64,000 nt of DNA from an uncultured delta proteobacterium (GCA_963848295.1 CAWKDB010000010.1:3200001-3264000), one strand, 5' to 3'. Positions 53,122 through 62,984 are shown, counted from the stretch's first letter. Numbers and translations are program-made. The notes: generated from the letters alone by a model not told the origin.

Positions 53122-53352
53122 ATGCAGACCAACGACAACATCGGACACACCGGTTCCGAGCCAGGCCACGGCGTCGCGCGCTATCAAGAGCTCCAGGCGA
53201 AGGTCGCCGCGATGGCGGGCGATTTCGAGAAGTTCTACAAGGACGGCAACAAGGCCGCCGGCACCCGCGTGCGCGTTGCGATGCAGGAGCTCAAGACGTT
53301 CGCGCAGCTCGTCCGCACCGAAGTGCAGTCGATCAAGAATACCAAAGAGTAA
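53122..53352 (+). CDS. Histone H1-like Hc1-family small protein
   Basis: DFEKFYKDGNKAAGTRVRVAMQELK...R.EVQ. Confidence 0.82.
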   Translation: MQTNDNIGHTGSEPGHGVARYQELQAKVAAMAGDFEKFYKDGNKAAGTRVRVAMQELKTFAQLVRTEVQSIKNTKE

Positions 53353-54061
53353 CGACGCCGATGTAGAGGCCCTCGATCGCTCCGGCGATCAGGCCGGCCT
53401 CTGCACCGACCATGTAACCTCCGAGCGTTGGCGTGCTGCGACTCAGCGTCGCCACGAGCGGTGGAGCGATCAGCGCGGCTAGCGATAGCGGAGGGATCGC
53501 TCCGCCCACCACGATGAGCGCTCGCAGCCGCTTGCGCGGTGGCTTGCCGCGCGCGGCGCGTTCGCGACGAGCGAGCGGGACCGCGAGCAGCATCGACAAC
53601 GCGGCACAACCGGCGACGAGCAGCGGCGTCGAGACCGGCGGGCCGTGATATCCTGCGAACACGCCGACGCCGATCGCGCCGGGCAAGATGCTCGCGAGGC
53701 TGGCCATGATCGTGGCCGCCACGATCGGGTTGAAGGCGATGCGAAGCGGAGCCGCGATCCGCCCGATCCGCGTGAACGCCATCACCGCGAGCTCGATCAG
53801 CATCGCCATGAACGCGCCGCAGCCCAACCCATAGAACACCGCGATGGTTCCGATCTCGAACCACGGCAGCGCGAGCTCCCGCCACCGTGCGTAGTACAGC
53901 GTGAACGCGGTCGCGGTCGGCAACACGCCTGCGATCGCGCCGCTCGTCAGCGAGGCGCCGATGCGACGCGCGATCTTGCGCGGAGCCTGCGCTGCGGTCG
54001 GCTCGATCACGAGCTCGCCCGCGAAGATGTTCTCCGAGCTCGAGTCGCCGGCGCCGGGCAT
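53333..54061 (-). CDS. Multi-pass membrane protein
   Basis: Several hydrophobic helices; short convergent overlap with the Hc1 gene. Confidence 0.6.
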   Translation of the reverse strand: MPGAGDSSSENIFAGELVIEPTAAQAPRKIARRIGASLTSGAIAGVLPTATAFTLYYARWRELALPWFEIGTIAVFYGLGCGAFMAMLIELAVMAFTRIGRIAAPLRIAFNPIVAATIMASLASILPGAIGVGVFAGYHGPPVSTPLLVAGCAALSMLLAVPLARRERAARGKPPRKRLRALIVVGGAIPPLSLAALIAPPLVATLSRSTPTLGGYMVGAEAGLIAGAIEGLYIGVVTLWYS

Positions 54062-54066
54062 GCCGA

Positions 54067-54972
54067 CTACTTCGGCGCGATCTTCTCGCGCGGATACAGC
54101 ACGATCTCGATGCGCCGATTCTTCGCCTTCACTCTGCTGACCGGCCGGTACTGGCCGAACGCGACCGCGGCGAGCCGCGTCGGATCGATCTTCACCTCGT
54201 CTTGCAGGTAGTGCACGACGGTCAGTGCGCGCGCCGCCGACAGCTCCCAGTTCGTGACGAACGGGATCACGGCGTCATTGCTGTCCGGCTTGGCAGGCGC
54301 CGCGGGCTTCACCGCGATCGGCTTGGCGCCCTTCACCGGTTTCGCCTTCGGCTTCGCGGTCCTCGCGGCGACGGCGGGTTTCGGCGGCCGCGGCACGATC
54401 GGCTGATCGTCGGTGTGGCCCTGGACCCAGATCTGCTTGTCGTTGATCTCCTTGAGCGCGGCCCCGACCTTCGACAGCACGTCCTTGCCCTGCTGGGTCA
54501 GCTCCGCTTCGCCGACCGGGAACAAGATCTGATCGACGAGCTCGACCTTGACCGCGCCGTCGGCGGTCGTCACTTCACCGGCCTTGCCGACGATCGCGGA
54601 CAGCTTGTCCTGCAGGTCCTTCGCTTCGTCCGCTTTCGACTTGAGCTCGGTCTCTTCCTTGCGCAACGAATCGGCCGACGCCTTCTGCGCGGCGAGATCG
54701 GTCTTGCTCTGCGTGAGATCTTTTTCGAGCGACGCGACCTTCGCGGTCAGCGTCGGATCGGGCGTGGTGTCCGGTGAGCCGTGGATCAGCCACGCGAGCA
54801 CGGCGGCGATCACCGCAGTGGCCGCGAACGCCGCGATCAACTTGATCGACGGTGCCTTCGGGCGCAGATCGGGCGTCTTGTCATCACCACCTCCAGTGTT
54901 GCGATGCATCGTCGGATAGCCACCGGGCTTGACGACGATGCCGCTCGGATCAACGCGCGCCATGGTCGACAT
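54067..54972 (-). CDS. MotB/OmpA-family peptidoglycan-binding membrane protein
   Basis: TM + coiled coil; ILFPVG, VQGHTDD, NWELSAARA, AFGQYRP, NRRIEI. Confidence 0.9.
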   Translation of the reverse strand: MSTMARVDPSGIVVKPGGYPTMHRNTGGGDDKTPDLRPKAPSIKLIAAFAATAVIAAVLAWLIHGSPDTTPDPTLTAKVASLEKDLTQSKTDLAAQKASADSLRKEETELKSKADEAKDLQDKLSAIVGKAGEVTTADGAVKVELVDQILFPVGEAELTQQGKDVLSKVGAALKEINDKQIWVQGHTDDQPIVPRPPKPAVAARTAKPKAKPVKGAKPIAVKPAAPAKPDSNDAVIPFVTNWELSAARALTVVHYLQDEVKIDPTRLAAVAFGQYRPVSRVKAKNRRIEIVLYPREKIAPK

Positions 54973-55113
54973 AGTAACGCGACTCCCGCGCCACGGATCG
55001 GTGAACTGCGACAACGAGCGACAGCGACCGCGACACGGAGCGACACACGCGACACCTGCGACGAATGAAAAAATTTTGTACACCGCGACGGCGAGCCGGG
55101 TATCTCTGGATCC

Positions 55114-55419
55114 ATGCGAGTCACACCAGCTGTCTTGTTCGTCGCGCTCATCAGCTCCGCATGCGGTTCGGCGCAACCGCACGGTGCCTTCGGCAATGCC
55201 AACGTCGCGGCGGTGCGCGACGAGATCAAGTCGACGATCGGGCGCGAACGCGCGATCGTCTCGATGGGCAAGGTCTCCGCCGATCACGCCGTCGTCTACA
55301 CCGCGCCGCGCGCCGGCGAACCGGTCGCCAACGAAGAGACCTGGGTGCGCGACAGCCACGGCTGGAAGCTCGACCATTCGACTGCGATCGGGAGTGCACC
55401 CGCGGCAACGGGTGGATGA
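55114..55419 (+). CDS. Small lipoprotein
   Basis: Signal MRVTPAVLFVALISSAC. Confidence 0.6.
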   Translation: MRVTPAVLFVALISSACGSAQPHGAFGNANVAAVRDEIKSTIGRERAIVSMGKVSADHAVVYTAPRAGEPVANEETWVRDSHGWKLDHSTAIGSAPAATGG

Positions 55420-55448
55420 AGCGCCACGAGCGCGCTACATTCCCACCC

Positions 55449-55937
55449 ATGAAAAAGCTCGCACTCCTCGGCGCGGTCGCGATTCTCGGTGTGGGCGGTT
55501 GGCGGCTGACGCATCACTCGTCGGCGGAACCGGCGAAGGACAGCAAGCTCGCGTTCGATCGGCTGTGGATCGATCATCTGCCGACGAGCGAGCGCGACAC
55601 GATCAACGTCTACGTCGCGCTGACCGAGCAACCGGTCGGCGTGTTCCAGGCGGCGTCGATGTGGCGCGGCGAATACGAGATGTTCCACTACGAGGCGAAC
55701 GGCGACGAGGTCCGCGCGGTGTTCCCGCAGACCGGCGATCGCGAGCGCTTCCAGATCCGCGCGAGAGAGTGCGAAAAGGACGGTTTCACGTATTGCCTCG
55801 AGCTGCGCGGCGCGAAGCACGGCGTCAAGCGCTACTACTCGATGGATGGCTGGGAGGTCGGCGGCGGCGACGCGGACGCGGCCGAGGCGCAGATCGCGGC
55901 GAAGCTGCACGCGCTTGCCGCTCGCAGCGGCGAGTAG
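55449..55937 (+). CDS. Secreted or membrane-anchored hypothetical protein
   Basis: MKKLALLGAVAILGVGGW leader; coding-like codon usage. Confidence 0.7.
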   Translation: MKKLALLGAVAILGVGGWRLTHHSSAEPAKDSKLAFDRLWIDHLPTSERDTINVYVALTEQPVGVFQAASMWRGEYEMFHYEANGDEVRAVFPQTGDRERFQIRARECEKDGFTYCLELRGAKHGVKRYYSMDGWEVGGGDADAAEAQIAAKLHALAARSGE

Positions 55938-55942
55938 CGCGA

Positions 55943-56689
55943 TTACATCCCGACGATTTCGGTCGTCGTCAACGCCGGCACGCGGACGGTGACGTCGTGC
56001 GCCGGGATCGTCAAGCCAGTCGCGGTCGCAGTCACGCTCACGGAGCCGGGGGGGACGTTCATGATGTACGCGACGCCGTCGGTGTCGGTGGCCGTGGCCG
56101 TCATGCTCGGAAACCCGCCGGAGTTGTATTTCACGGTGTACGACGGTGTCGACGTCACGGTGGCGCCGACGACGGTCGCGCCGGTCGTGCCGTTGACGAC
56201 CTCGACCGCGATCGTGCCGTCGCCGTCGGTCTGGGACACCCGCGCGAGCGTATAGAGCAAGCCGTACGTTCCCGACGTGACCATCAAGACGTTCGCCATC
56301 GGCGTGTCCATCGTCAGCGGCGCGGGCGGGTACAGGTAGGTGTCGACGTAGCCGGTGATCGTGCCCTTGACGTAGCCGTCGACCGATCCGTTCTCGGTCG
56401 GCACCATGAGCGTGTACGTGCCGTCGGCCGCCGATGTCGTCATCACGGTCGGGGTGGTCGCGGTCTCGTGATATGCGCCGATCGTGACGTTCGCGAGCGC
56501 CTTGGTGCCGGTCGCGCCCTCCGACTCCGCCGTGCCGGTGATCGTGATCGGTGGGCCGGGGGCCGCATCGATCGCCTCGGCGTCGATACCGCCGCCACCG
56601 CCGCCGCCGCCGGGTCCGTCGATCGTGGCGCTACCACCACCGCCGCAGGCCACGAGACTCGCGAGCGCGAAAGATAAGTAGATTCGCAT
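55943..56689 (-). CDS. Lipoprotein with carboxypeptidase-regulatory-like beta-sandwich domains
   Basis: Lipobox LVAC; TSAADGTYTL, TDTDGVAYIMNVPPG. Confidence 0.72.
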   Translation of the reverse strand: MRIYLSFALASLVACGGGGSATIDGPGGGGGGGGIDAEAIDAAPGPPITITGTAESEGATGTKALANVTIGAYHETATTPTVMTTSAADGTYTLMVPTENGSVDGYVKGTITGYVDTYLYPPAPLTMDTPMANVLMVTSGTYGLLYTLARVSQTDGDGTIAVEVVNGTTGATVVGATVTSTPSYTVKYNSGGFPSMTATATDTDGVAYIMNVPPGSVSVTATATGLTIPAHDVTVRVPALTTTEIVGM

Positions 56690-56709
56690 CCGGCGATCGT
56701 ACAGGAATC

Positions 56710-57345
56710 TCAGCGCGCGCCGAATTCTTGATCGAACGTGGTGCGGATCGCACGCCCCGCGTCATCGAGCGCGGGCTCGTAGCGAAACCGCCAGACCCCG
56801 CCACACGCGTCGTGTGGGTCGATCGGGCCGCGGATGACGTGAGCCCCGACCACGAAACCTTGTTCGTCGACGGTGATCCGCGCCACGAACAGCGCGCCGT
56901 CGTCGACATCGGCGAGCCGAGTCGGGTAGATCAGCCGCGCTGGGCGAGCGCGCGACGCGGGCAGAGCAGCGGGCACCTCCGGCAGTGTCGGTCGGGGTGC
57001 GATACCGCCGAAGCCGTCGCCGCCGTCGCCGCCGTGCCCCGTTCCGCCACGGCCGTCGCCGCCGATCTCGCCTTCGTTGGGCGCACCCGGCGTGACGGTG
57101 ACGTCGGACATCGCGAGCGGGCGAGTCAGCGCGGCGCTCGCGCGGGGATGTGCGCCCCTCGGCGCGCCGGCACTCCCGCGGTGGCCAGGTGACGTTGCCG
57201 GTGGATCGATCATCGCGATCTCGATCGGAGGCGGATCGCCGACCGCACGCGGCGGCGATGACTGCGCCGCGAGCGGCGAGCTCGCCGCGAGTCGCCACGC
57301 GATGCCACCGACGATCACCGCGTGGATCGCGATCGACGTGGTCAC
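56710..57345 (-). CDS. TonB-like protein
   Basis: SIAIH TM motif; Pro/Gly linker; YP...ITVDEQGFV...WRFRYEPALDDAG. Confidence 0.65.
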   Translation of the reverse strand: MTTSIAIHAVIVGGIAWRLAASSPLAAQSSPPRAVGDPPPIEIAMIDPPATSPGHRGSAGAPRGAHPRASAALTRPLAMSDVTVTPGAPNEGEIGGDGRGGTGHGGDGGDGFGGIAPRPTLPEVPAALPASRARPARLIYPTRLADVDDGALFVARITVDEQGFVVGAHVIRGPIDPHDACGGVWRFRYEPALDDAGRAIRTTFDQEFGAR

Positions 57346-57479
57346 GCTGGCTCGACCGGCGGTCACCGGTCGATCATGACGCGAACCGCGCGGCCGGTGG
57401 CTCACCGCCGATCTCCCGCTGCGAGGCCGTCGTCGCAGGCGCGGCAGCCGGGTACGCTCGATCCGTGAACCATCCGAAG

Positions 57480-57677
57480 ATGACGTCGAGCGGCCGGCGC
57501 TGGGCGTTCTTGATCGGGCTGTGCGCAGCGCTGGCGATCCCGAAGCGGGTCGCGATCTCGGATCCGCAATCGCGGTGCGAGAGCTACTACGTCGAGCCGT
57601 GGGGGTTCTATCTCGTCGAATCGGCGTTGCACCGCGACCTCGGCGTCGCGTACTCGTCGGGGACCGACTGCCGGTGA
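57480..57677 (+). CDS. Small hypothetical protein
   Basis: Hydrophobic N-terminus; stop overlaps the mug start (GTGA). Confidence 0.5.
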   Translation: MTSSGRRWAFLIGLCAALAIPKRVAISDPQSRCESYYVEPWGFYLVESALHRDLGVAYSSGTDCR

Positions 57678-58201
57678 CGCAGCGGTTCGTCGGCACGCCG
57701 GAGATCCTGATCGATCGGCCGCGGATCCTGTTCGTCGGCATCAACCCCGGGATGACGTCGGGGCGAGTCGGTCACAACTTCGCGGGACCGGGCAACACGT
57801 TCTGGCGGCTGCTCCACGCCGCGCGGATCACGCCCGAGCTGATCGCGGCGGCCGACGATGCGCGGCTCGCCGACTTCGGCTGCGGGCTCGTCAACCTGTG
57901 CCGGCGCACGACGCGGACCGCGAGCGAATTGAAGCGGCGCGAGCTCGAGCGCGGACGCGACCGTCTCGCCGGCATCGTCGCCGAGCGACAACCGGCGTTG
58001 CTCGCGCTCGTCGGGGTGACGCTCGCGCCGATCGTGCTCGGCCGCGATATCGAGCCCGGGCCCGGAGCCAAGCGCCGGCGATTCGCGGGGGCGCGCGTGT
58101 TCGTCGTGCCGAATCCGAGTGGGCTGAACGCCTCGTTCCCGACGTTCGACGCGAAGCTCGTGTGGTTCGAGAAGTTGGCACGGGCAAGCCGGCCGCGCTG
58201 A
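57674..58201 (+). CDS. mug: G/U mismatch-specific uracil-DNA glycosylase
   Basis: LFVGINPG, HNFAGPGNTFW, PNPSGLN. Confidence 0.88.
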   Translation: MTQRFVGTPEILIDRPRILFVGINPGMTSGRVGHNFAGPGNTFWRLLHAARITPELIAAADDARLADFGCGLVNLCRRTTRTASELKRRELERGRDRLAGIVAERQPALLALVGVTLAPIVLGRDIEPGPGAKRRRFAGARVFVVPNPSGLNASFPTFDAKLVWFEKLARASRPR

Positions 58202-58213
58202 CGGACCCAGCAG

Positions 58214-59557
58214 CTACGCTCGCGAGGAGCGTGCGCTGAGCTCGACCACGACGATCTCCGTCCGCGGCTTGTCGATCAACAGCGTGGCGCCGTCAGCACC
58301 GACGCGGCGCGAGTCGGCGCCTTCGACGTGGACGTCGCAGCCCGCGCTCGCCCACCGCGCTGGGATCACGATCTCGGTCGGAGCGTCACCGACCGCGCGG
58401 TACGTCAGCCGCCACGCCTCGCGGCCGCTGTCCCACCGGATCGGTTCGCCGGCGATCGCACGCGGGTACGGACGGATCAGGGCATTCGTCCACGGGCGAT
58501 CGCCACCGCCGGGCGTGACGATCGAGGCCGCCTCGTCGTTCCAGTCGAGCTCGGTGGGGTTGTAGTGCCATACCGTCCAGCTCGCGAACGCGCGATCGAA
58601 CAGGCGAACCTCATCCTCCATCATGCGTTGTCCACCACGCGTGCCGTTGAGGACGCCGAACTCGCCGATGAACAGCGGCATGTGGAGGCGACGTGCAGAG
58701 CGCTCGATACGCCCGAGGCTCGCCGGAAACAGCGACAGCGCGGGCACGTAGCGTCCCACGAGAATCGCCGAGGCATCGTAGATATGCGGCGCGAACACCA
58801 GGTTGCGAGCCGGCACCCGCGGCAACCTTACGGGCGCCCCGAACGCTGCCATCGGCGACGGCTCGATGAACAGCAGACGCGTCGGATCGAGCTCGTCTCG
58901 CGCGTGCACGCACGCCTCGTAGTACGCGGGCAGCAAACGCCGCTCGAGCGCGCCGCCGAGCAGCGAGCCGATGCTGCCCATCGGTTCGTTGAACACGTCG
59001 TAGCCGATCACCGCTGGAACCTCTGCCATCACCTGCATCACGCGGCGCACGCACGTCACCAGCGAAGCTCGCAGGCCATCGGCGTCGCGCCAGAACCGCT
59101 CGAAGGCGCGTTGCACGGTGGGCCGCGTCAGGTAACGAAAGAACCAGGAACGACCAGGCGCGGCCGGTTCTTGGGGTGGCACGGTCCAGCTCGGCGCGCC
59201 GTCGCCGCCGAGCTCGCGCGAGAACAGATCCTGATGGAAGTCGACGATGACGTTCAGGCCGCGCTCGCCGGCCGCGATCGCGAGCGCCCTCAACTTTGCG
59301 AGGTATGCCTCGTCGTAGACGCCGCGCTCTGGCTCGAGCCCCTCCCACATCACGAGCAGGCGCACCGCGTTCCATCCCCACGCGGCGAGCGGATCGAACC
59401 AGGCGGGATCTTCGAACGGCAAGAACGGAGGATGCTTGCTGCGACCCGAGACGTTCGCCCCGCGGAAGATGCGGGCGCGCCCGAGCTGGTCGCGGATCCA
59501 ACGGCCATCGCAGTGAAGGCGTAGCTGCTGGACCATGCGGCGACGAACGTACTCCAT
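58214..59557 (-). CDS. GH5 endoglycoceramidase-like glycoside hydrolase
   Basis: RGANV, DFHQD, GDGAPSW, FNEP acid/base, APHIY, IGEFG nucleophile, RPYPRAIAG. Confidence 0.88.
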   Translation of the reverse strand: MEYVRRRMVQQLRLHCDGRWIRDQLGRARIFRGANVSGRSKHPPFLPFEDPAWFDPLAAWGWNAVRLLVMWEGLEPERGVYDEAYLAKLRALAIAAGERGLNVIVDFHQDLFSRELGGDGAPSWTVPPQEPAAPGRSWFFRYLTRPTVQRAFERFWRDADGLRASLVTCVRRVMQVMAEVPAVIGYDVFNEPMGSIGSLLGGALERRLLPAYYEACVHARDELDPTRLLFIEPSPMAAFGAPVRLPRVPARNLVFAPHIYDASAILVGRYVPALSLFPASLGRIERSARRLHMPLFIGEFGVLNGTRGGQRMMEDEVRLFDRAFASWTVWHYNPTELDWNDEAASIVTPGGGDRPWTNALIRPYPRAIAGEPIRWDSGREAWRLTYRAVGDAPTEIVIPARWASAGCDVHVEGADSRRVGADGATLLIDKPRTEIVVVELSARSSRA

Positions 59558-59616
59558 GTCGAGCGCGTCGATTCAACTCGAGGCGCGTTGTCATAGCGCT
59601 GCGCTATCGTCCCGTC

Positions 59617-59865
59617 ATGGTCGACACGCAATCGATCGCGGCGGTTCCTCTTCACGTCGGCGACTACGTCGCGTTCGCGCGCGATGTCCTCGCCGAGCTC
59701 GCACGGCCCACACCCGGCGCGCCGCCGACCTGGCGCTGCGTCACCGCCGGGACTCGCGCCCGCGTGATCGGCTGGCGCGATGCGCGCCCGGTGCTCGACG
59801 TCCAAGGCAGCGAGCGCCGGCTCGTCGTGTTCGCGCAACCGGCCAGCATCGCGCGCCTGAGCTAA
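59617..59865 (+). CDS. Small hypothetical protein (SH3-like beta pattern)
   Basis: ATG start; LHVGDYV...VTAGTRARVIG. Confidence 0.5.
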   Translation: MVDTQSIAAVPLHVGDYVAFARDVLAELARPTPGAPPTWRCVTAGTRARVIGWRDARPVLDVQGSERRLVVFAQPASIARLS

Positions 59866-59932
59866 GCGTAAGCCTTACATCGGCCTTACATCGCGCGCGC
59901 AACCGATGGTGCGGTCGCGCGTCTGATCGCCG

Positions 59933-60898
59933 ATGGGAAGCCAACGGCTCGCCGCGTCTGTCGCGTGTATCGCGTGTATCGCGTGGGTCGGGCTCGCCGG
60001 TGCGCTCGCGTTCGCCGAACCGAGCCACCAGCTCGCGAGCGTGTTGATCGAGGATATGCCGCACGTCACGCAGCGACCGGACTTCTGCGGCGAAGCGTGC
60101 GTCGAGATGGCGGCTCGGCGGCTCGGCAAGACCTACGACCAGAACGACGTATTCGCGGCGACCGACCTCGACCCGGCGCTCGGCCGTGGCGCGTACACCC
60201 CCGAGCTCGTCCACGCGGTCGAGAAGCTCGGCTTCAAGCCGGGCCACGTCTACACCCTCGTCGACGAGCGCGCACCGCGCGCCGGCATCGAACGCGAGCT
60301 CGCCGCGCTGCACGCCGATCTCGTGCGCGGCGTGCCGAGTATCGTGTGCATGCACTACGACGACCAGCCGCACACGACCGAGCACTTCCGGCTCGTCGTC
60401 GGCTACGACGCGGATCGCGACGAGATCGTCTATCAAGAACCTGCGGTCGAAGACGGCGGTTACCGCCGGATGACCCGGGCGATGTTCGAACAGCTGTGGC
60501 AACTGCCGTCGTCCACCGCAGGCAAGCGCGTGCTCGTGCGCATCCCGCTCGTCCCTGGCACCTTAGCGACCCCGGCGCACACGACCGCGGCCGCCGATAG
60601 CGTCCAGCACGTGATGGAGCTGCGAGACCAGCTCGACCGCGCGAAGCTAGGCCGCCTCGCGATTCGCGTCGTCGATCCGTTCATCGTCATCGGCGATCGC
60701 CAGGCCGTGGCGCACGCGACCAAAGCGACCCTCCAGCGCTGGGCCACCTCGGGTGACGTCTTCCTGTTTCGCGATGCGAAGGAGACCGCGCACGCGCGTG
60801 CCGCGCTCGGAGACATCGGCGTGACGCTGTCTCTTTTGTCAACTTGCGGTTCGGGCATCCCCATCCAACCGGCCGTAGCTCTTGGAGAAAAATGGTGA
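59933..60898 (+). CDS. Secreted C39-like cysteine peptidase; C-terminus reads through repeat doublet D
   Basis: PHVTQRPDFCGEAC, TEHFRLVVGYD, YQEP; last ~25 codons are repeat/spacer sequence. Confidence 0.78.
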   Translation: MGSQRLAASVACIACIAWVGLAGALAFAEPSHQLASVLIEDMPHVTQRPDFCGEACVEMAARRLGKTYDQNDVFAATDLDPALGRGAYTPELVHAVEKLGFKPGHVYTLVDERAPRAGIERELAALHADLVRGVPSIVCMHYDDQPHTTEHFRLVVGYDADRDEIVYQEPAVEDGGYRRMTRAMFEQLWQLPSSTAGKRVLVRIPLVPGTLATPAHTTAAADSVQHVMELRDQLDRAKLGRLAIRVVDPFIVIGDRQAVAHATKATLQRWATSGDVFLFRDAKETAHARAALGDIGVTLSLLSTCGSGIPIQPAVALGEKW

Positions 60899-60922
60899 CG
60901 CTGTCTCTTTTGTCAACTTGCG
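60821..60922 (+). repeat. Repeat doublet D (subtype I); period 74 bp
   Basis: gtgacgctgtctcttttgtcaacttgcg identical at 60821 and 60895. Confidence 0.92.
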
Positions 60923-60961
60923 TGACCGCAGCGGCCGGCGGTCAACGTCAGCTCTAGTAAG

Positions 60962-62032
60962 TCAGTACGAGATCGTGACGGTGCCAGCGCCGGCTTGCGA
61001 GCCCTGCGTCATCATCACGCCGGTCGCGTTCGGCGACGCATAGCTGCTGCCGCCCGCGCCGCCGGTCCACGAGCCGCCGCCGCCGCCGAAATAGCCGCCG
61101 CCCGCGCCCCCGCCGCCGGTGCCCGGACCCGCAGTGCCTCCGGCGCCGGTCGCGCCCGGCGCGCCGGAGCTGTAACCCGCGTACGAGCCGCCCACCCCGC
61201 CCGCGGTCTGCGTGCCGCCGCTCGCGAGCACCGCGTTGCCGCACAGCGCCGACTGGCCGCCGGTCAGGCTGCCGCCGGCGCCGCCGTTGTAGGCCACGTC
61301 CCCGCATTCGGCCGCGCCACCGCCGCCCCCGGCGACGAACACGCGATCGGTCAGCGCGGTGCCGTGGAGCCGAATGTCCGACGCGCCACCGCCGCCGCCG
61401 CCCGACTGAGGAGCGAGCGCCGCGCCGATCGCGCCGCCGTTGAAGCCCGCAGTGCCGCCCGCACCGTTCGTCGCGGCGCCGCCAGCACCACCGACGGTGA
61501 CGGTCAGAACGTCGGTCGAGCTGATCGGGAGCGCGGCTTGGACCCGCCCGCCGAGCCCGCCGACGCCGCCAGGATTCGCGTAGAACGCGGTGCCACCCGC
61601 GGCCCCGCTGACATCGACCATGATCATCGTGACGCACGACGGCGCGGTGAACGTCTGCGGTGCGCCGGTGAAGCTGAACGTCATCGACCCGGTCGGGCAC
61701 GAGAACGCGGCGGTGATCTCGAGTGGACCGGTGACCGTGACGGTGCAGTCGTCGGTGCCGGAGCACGCGCCGGTCCAGCCGCCGAAAGTGGTGTTGTCCC
61801 CTGCCGCCGACAGCGTGACGTCACTCCCGATCGGAAACTCCGCTGCACAGCTCGTCCCGCAGTCGATCCCGGCGGGCGCCGAGGTCACGCTGCCGACGCC
61901 GGTGACCGTCACGCTCACCAGCGCGACTTGGCCGCCGCCGTCCGGTCCAGCGCCGGCGCCCGACGTCTCGTTGATGTTGAACAGCTGGGCGCAGCCGGTA
62001 CAGGCCAGCGCCACGAGCAGGGCGGAGCGCAC
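60962..62032 (-). CDS. Lipoprotein with an InlB-B-like repeat and a glycine-rich domain
   Basis: GSVTSAPAGIDCGTSC...FGGWTGAC; GGGGGGASDIR, VAGGGGG, GGGYFGGGGG. Confidence 0.8.
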   Translation of the reverse strand: MRSALLVALACTGCAQLFNINETSGAGAGPDGGGQVALVSVTVTGVGSVTSAPAGIDCGTSCAAEFPIGSDVTLSAAGDNTTFGGWTGACSGTDDCTVTVTGPLEITAAFSCPTGSMTFSFTGAPQTFTAPSCVTMIMVDVSGAAGGTAFYANPGGVGGLGGRVQAALPISSTDVLTVTVGGAGGAATNGAGGTAGFNGGAIGAALAPQSGGGGGGASDIRLHGTALTDRVFVAGGGGGAAECGDVAYNGGAGGSLTGGQSALCGNAVLASGGTQTAGGVGGSYAGYSSGAPGATGAGGTAGPGTGGGGAGGGYFGGGGGSWTGGAGGSSYASPNATGVMMTQGSQAGAGTVTISY

Positions 62033-62071
62033 CCACCAAGGGTAACAGGTGCCCCCGCGGTTTCGTACGTT

Positions 62072-62902
62072 CTACTGGGGGCGCGGCGCGTTCGCCCAGG
62101 TCCTGACGACCGAGTCTTCGCCGCACCGGTGCGTGAACCCGGTACCGAAGCCCTTTGCATCGTCGCCGCGGCCGTCCATGACGAGCAGCCGGCTGAGCTC
62201 GCGAGCGCGATCGAGGTCACAGCTCACCGCCGTCTCGAACGCGAGCGTGGCGATGCGATCGAGATCATCTCGCAGCGCCGCGTCGAGCTCTTTGCGCAGC
62301 TGCGCTTTGCGATCCGGCTTGTGGACCGGGACGATCGCGAACAGCCACATCATGATCGCCATCGCAAACGCGGAGATCGCGATTCCGATGCCGATGCGTT
62401 GCCGGCGGCGCGGATGTAGCGGCGCGTGGACGAGGCCGTCGGTGCGCGCCGCGATCGCGGCCCAGTCGGCGCCCGGAACCGCGAGCTTGAGCTCGGCGAC
62501 CGCGCGGCGTGCGTCGTCGAGCGCCTGCTCGTCGATGTTGGCGTCGCCGGCCTTCGTGACGGCGCGGCGGGCGTGCGGCCGAAACTCGTCGTAGGCGGCG
62601 GTGTTGGCGCCGCGGCGCGCGAGCACTTTGCGCGCGCGATCGAAGTGGCGCCAAGCCTCGGGATAAGCGTCGTGCGCGTCGGCGATCGCACGCCAGTGCA
62701 CGGTCGACGGACGCGGCTTGCCCGCGGCCGGCAGCGCGACCAGAGGGCGGCGCGATTCCATCGCTTCGACTATCGGGTCGGCGGGCGAGCTCGACTTCGC
62801 CACCGCGGCGCGCTCGCAATCTGCGCTCAGCGCCTCGCCGATCAAGATCGCGCCCACCGCACGGTCGTGCTCGTCGGCGGCGGCGACGGTGTCCCGATAC
62901 AT
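62072..62902 (-). CDS. Hypothetical single-TM membrane protein
   Basis: TM IGIGIAISAFAMAIMMWLFAIV. Confidence 0.65.
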   Translation of the reverse strand: MYRDTVAAADEHDRAVGAILIGEALSADCERAAVAKSSSPADPIVEAMESRRPLVALPAAGKPRPSTVHWRAIADAHDAYPEAWRHFDRARKVLARRGANTAAYDEFRPHARRAVTKAGDANIDEQALDDARRAVAELKLAVPGADWAAIAARTDGLVHAPLHPRRRQRIGIGIAISAFAMAIMMWLFAIVPVHKPDRKAQLRKELDAALRDDLDRIATLAFETAVSCDLDRARELSRLLVMDGRGDDAKGFGTGFTHRCGEDSVVRTWANAPRPQ

Positions 62903-62984
62903 CTTTCAAGTGCTTCGGATCGGAGGCCCCCTGGCAAGCCCGGAATTACCGGCCGGATTCGCGCGTCATTTCGGCGGTGACGTC

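Noticed and set aside
43822..58201. tag, EEP nuclease and mug as one DNA-repair or defence system
   Set aside because: Scattered over 14 kb in different transcription units with unrelated genes between them
60962..61620. GGC-rich repeats as a DNA repeat element
   Set aside because: Explained by the glycine-rich protein coding sequence
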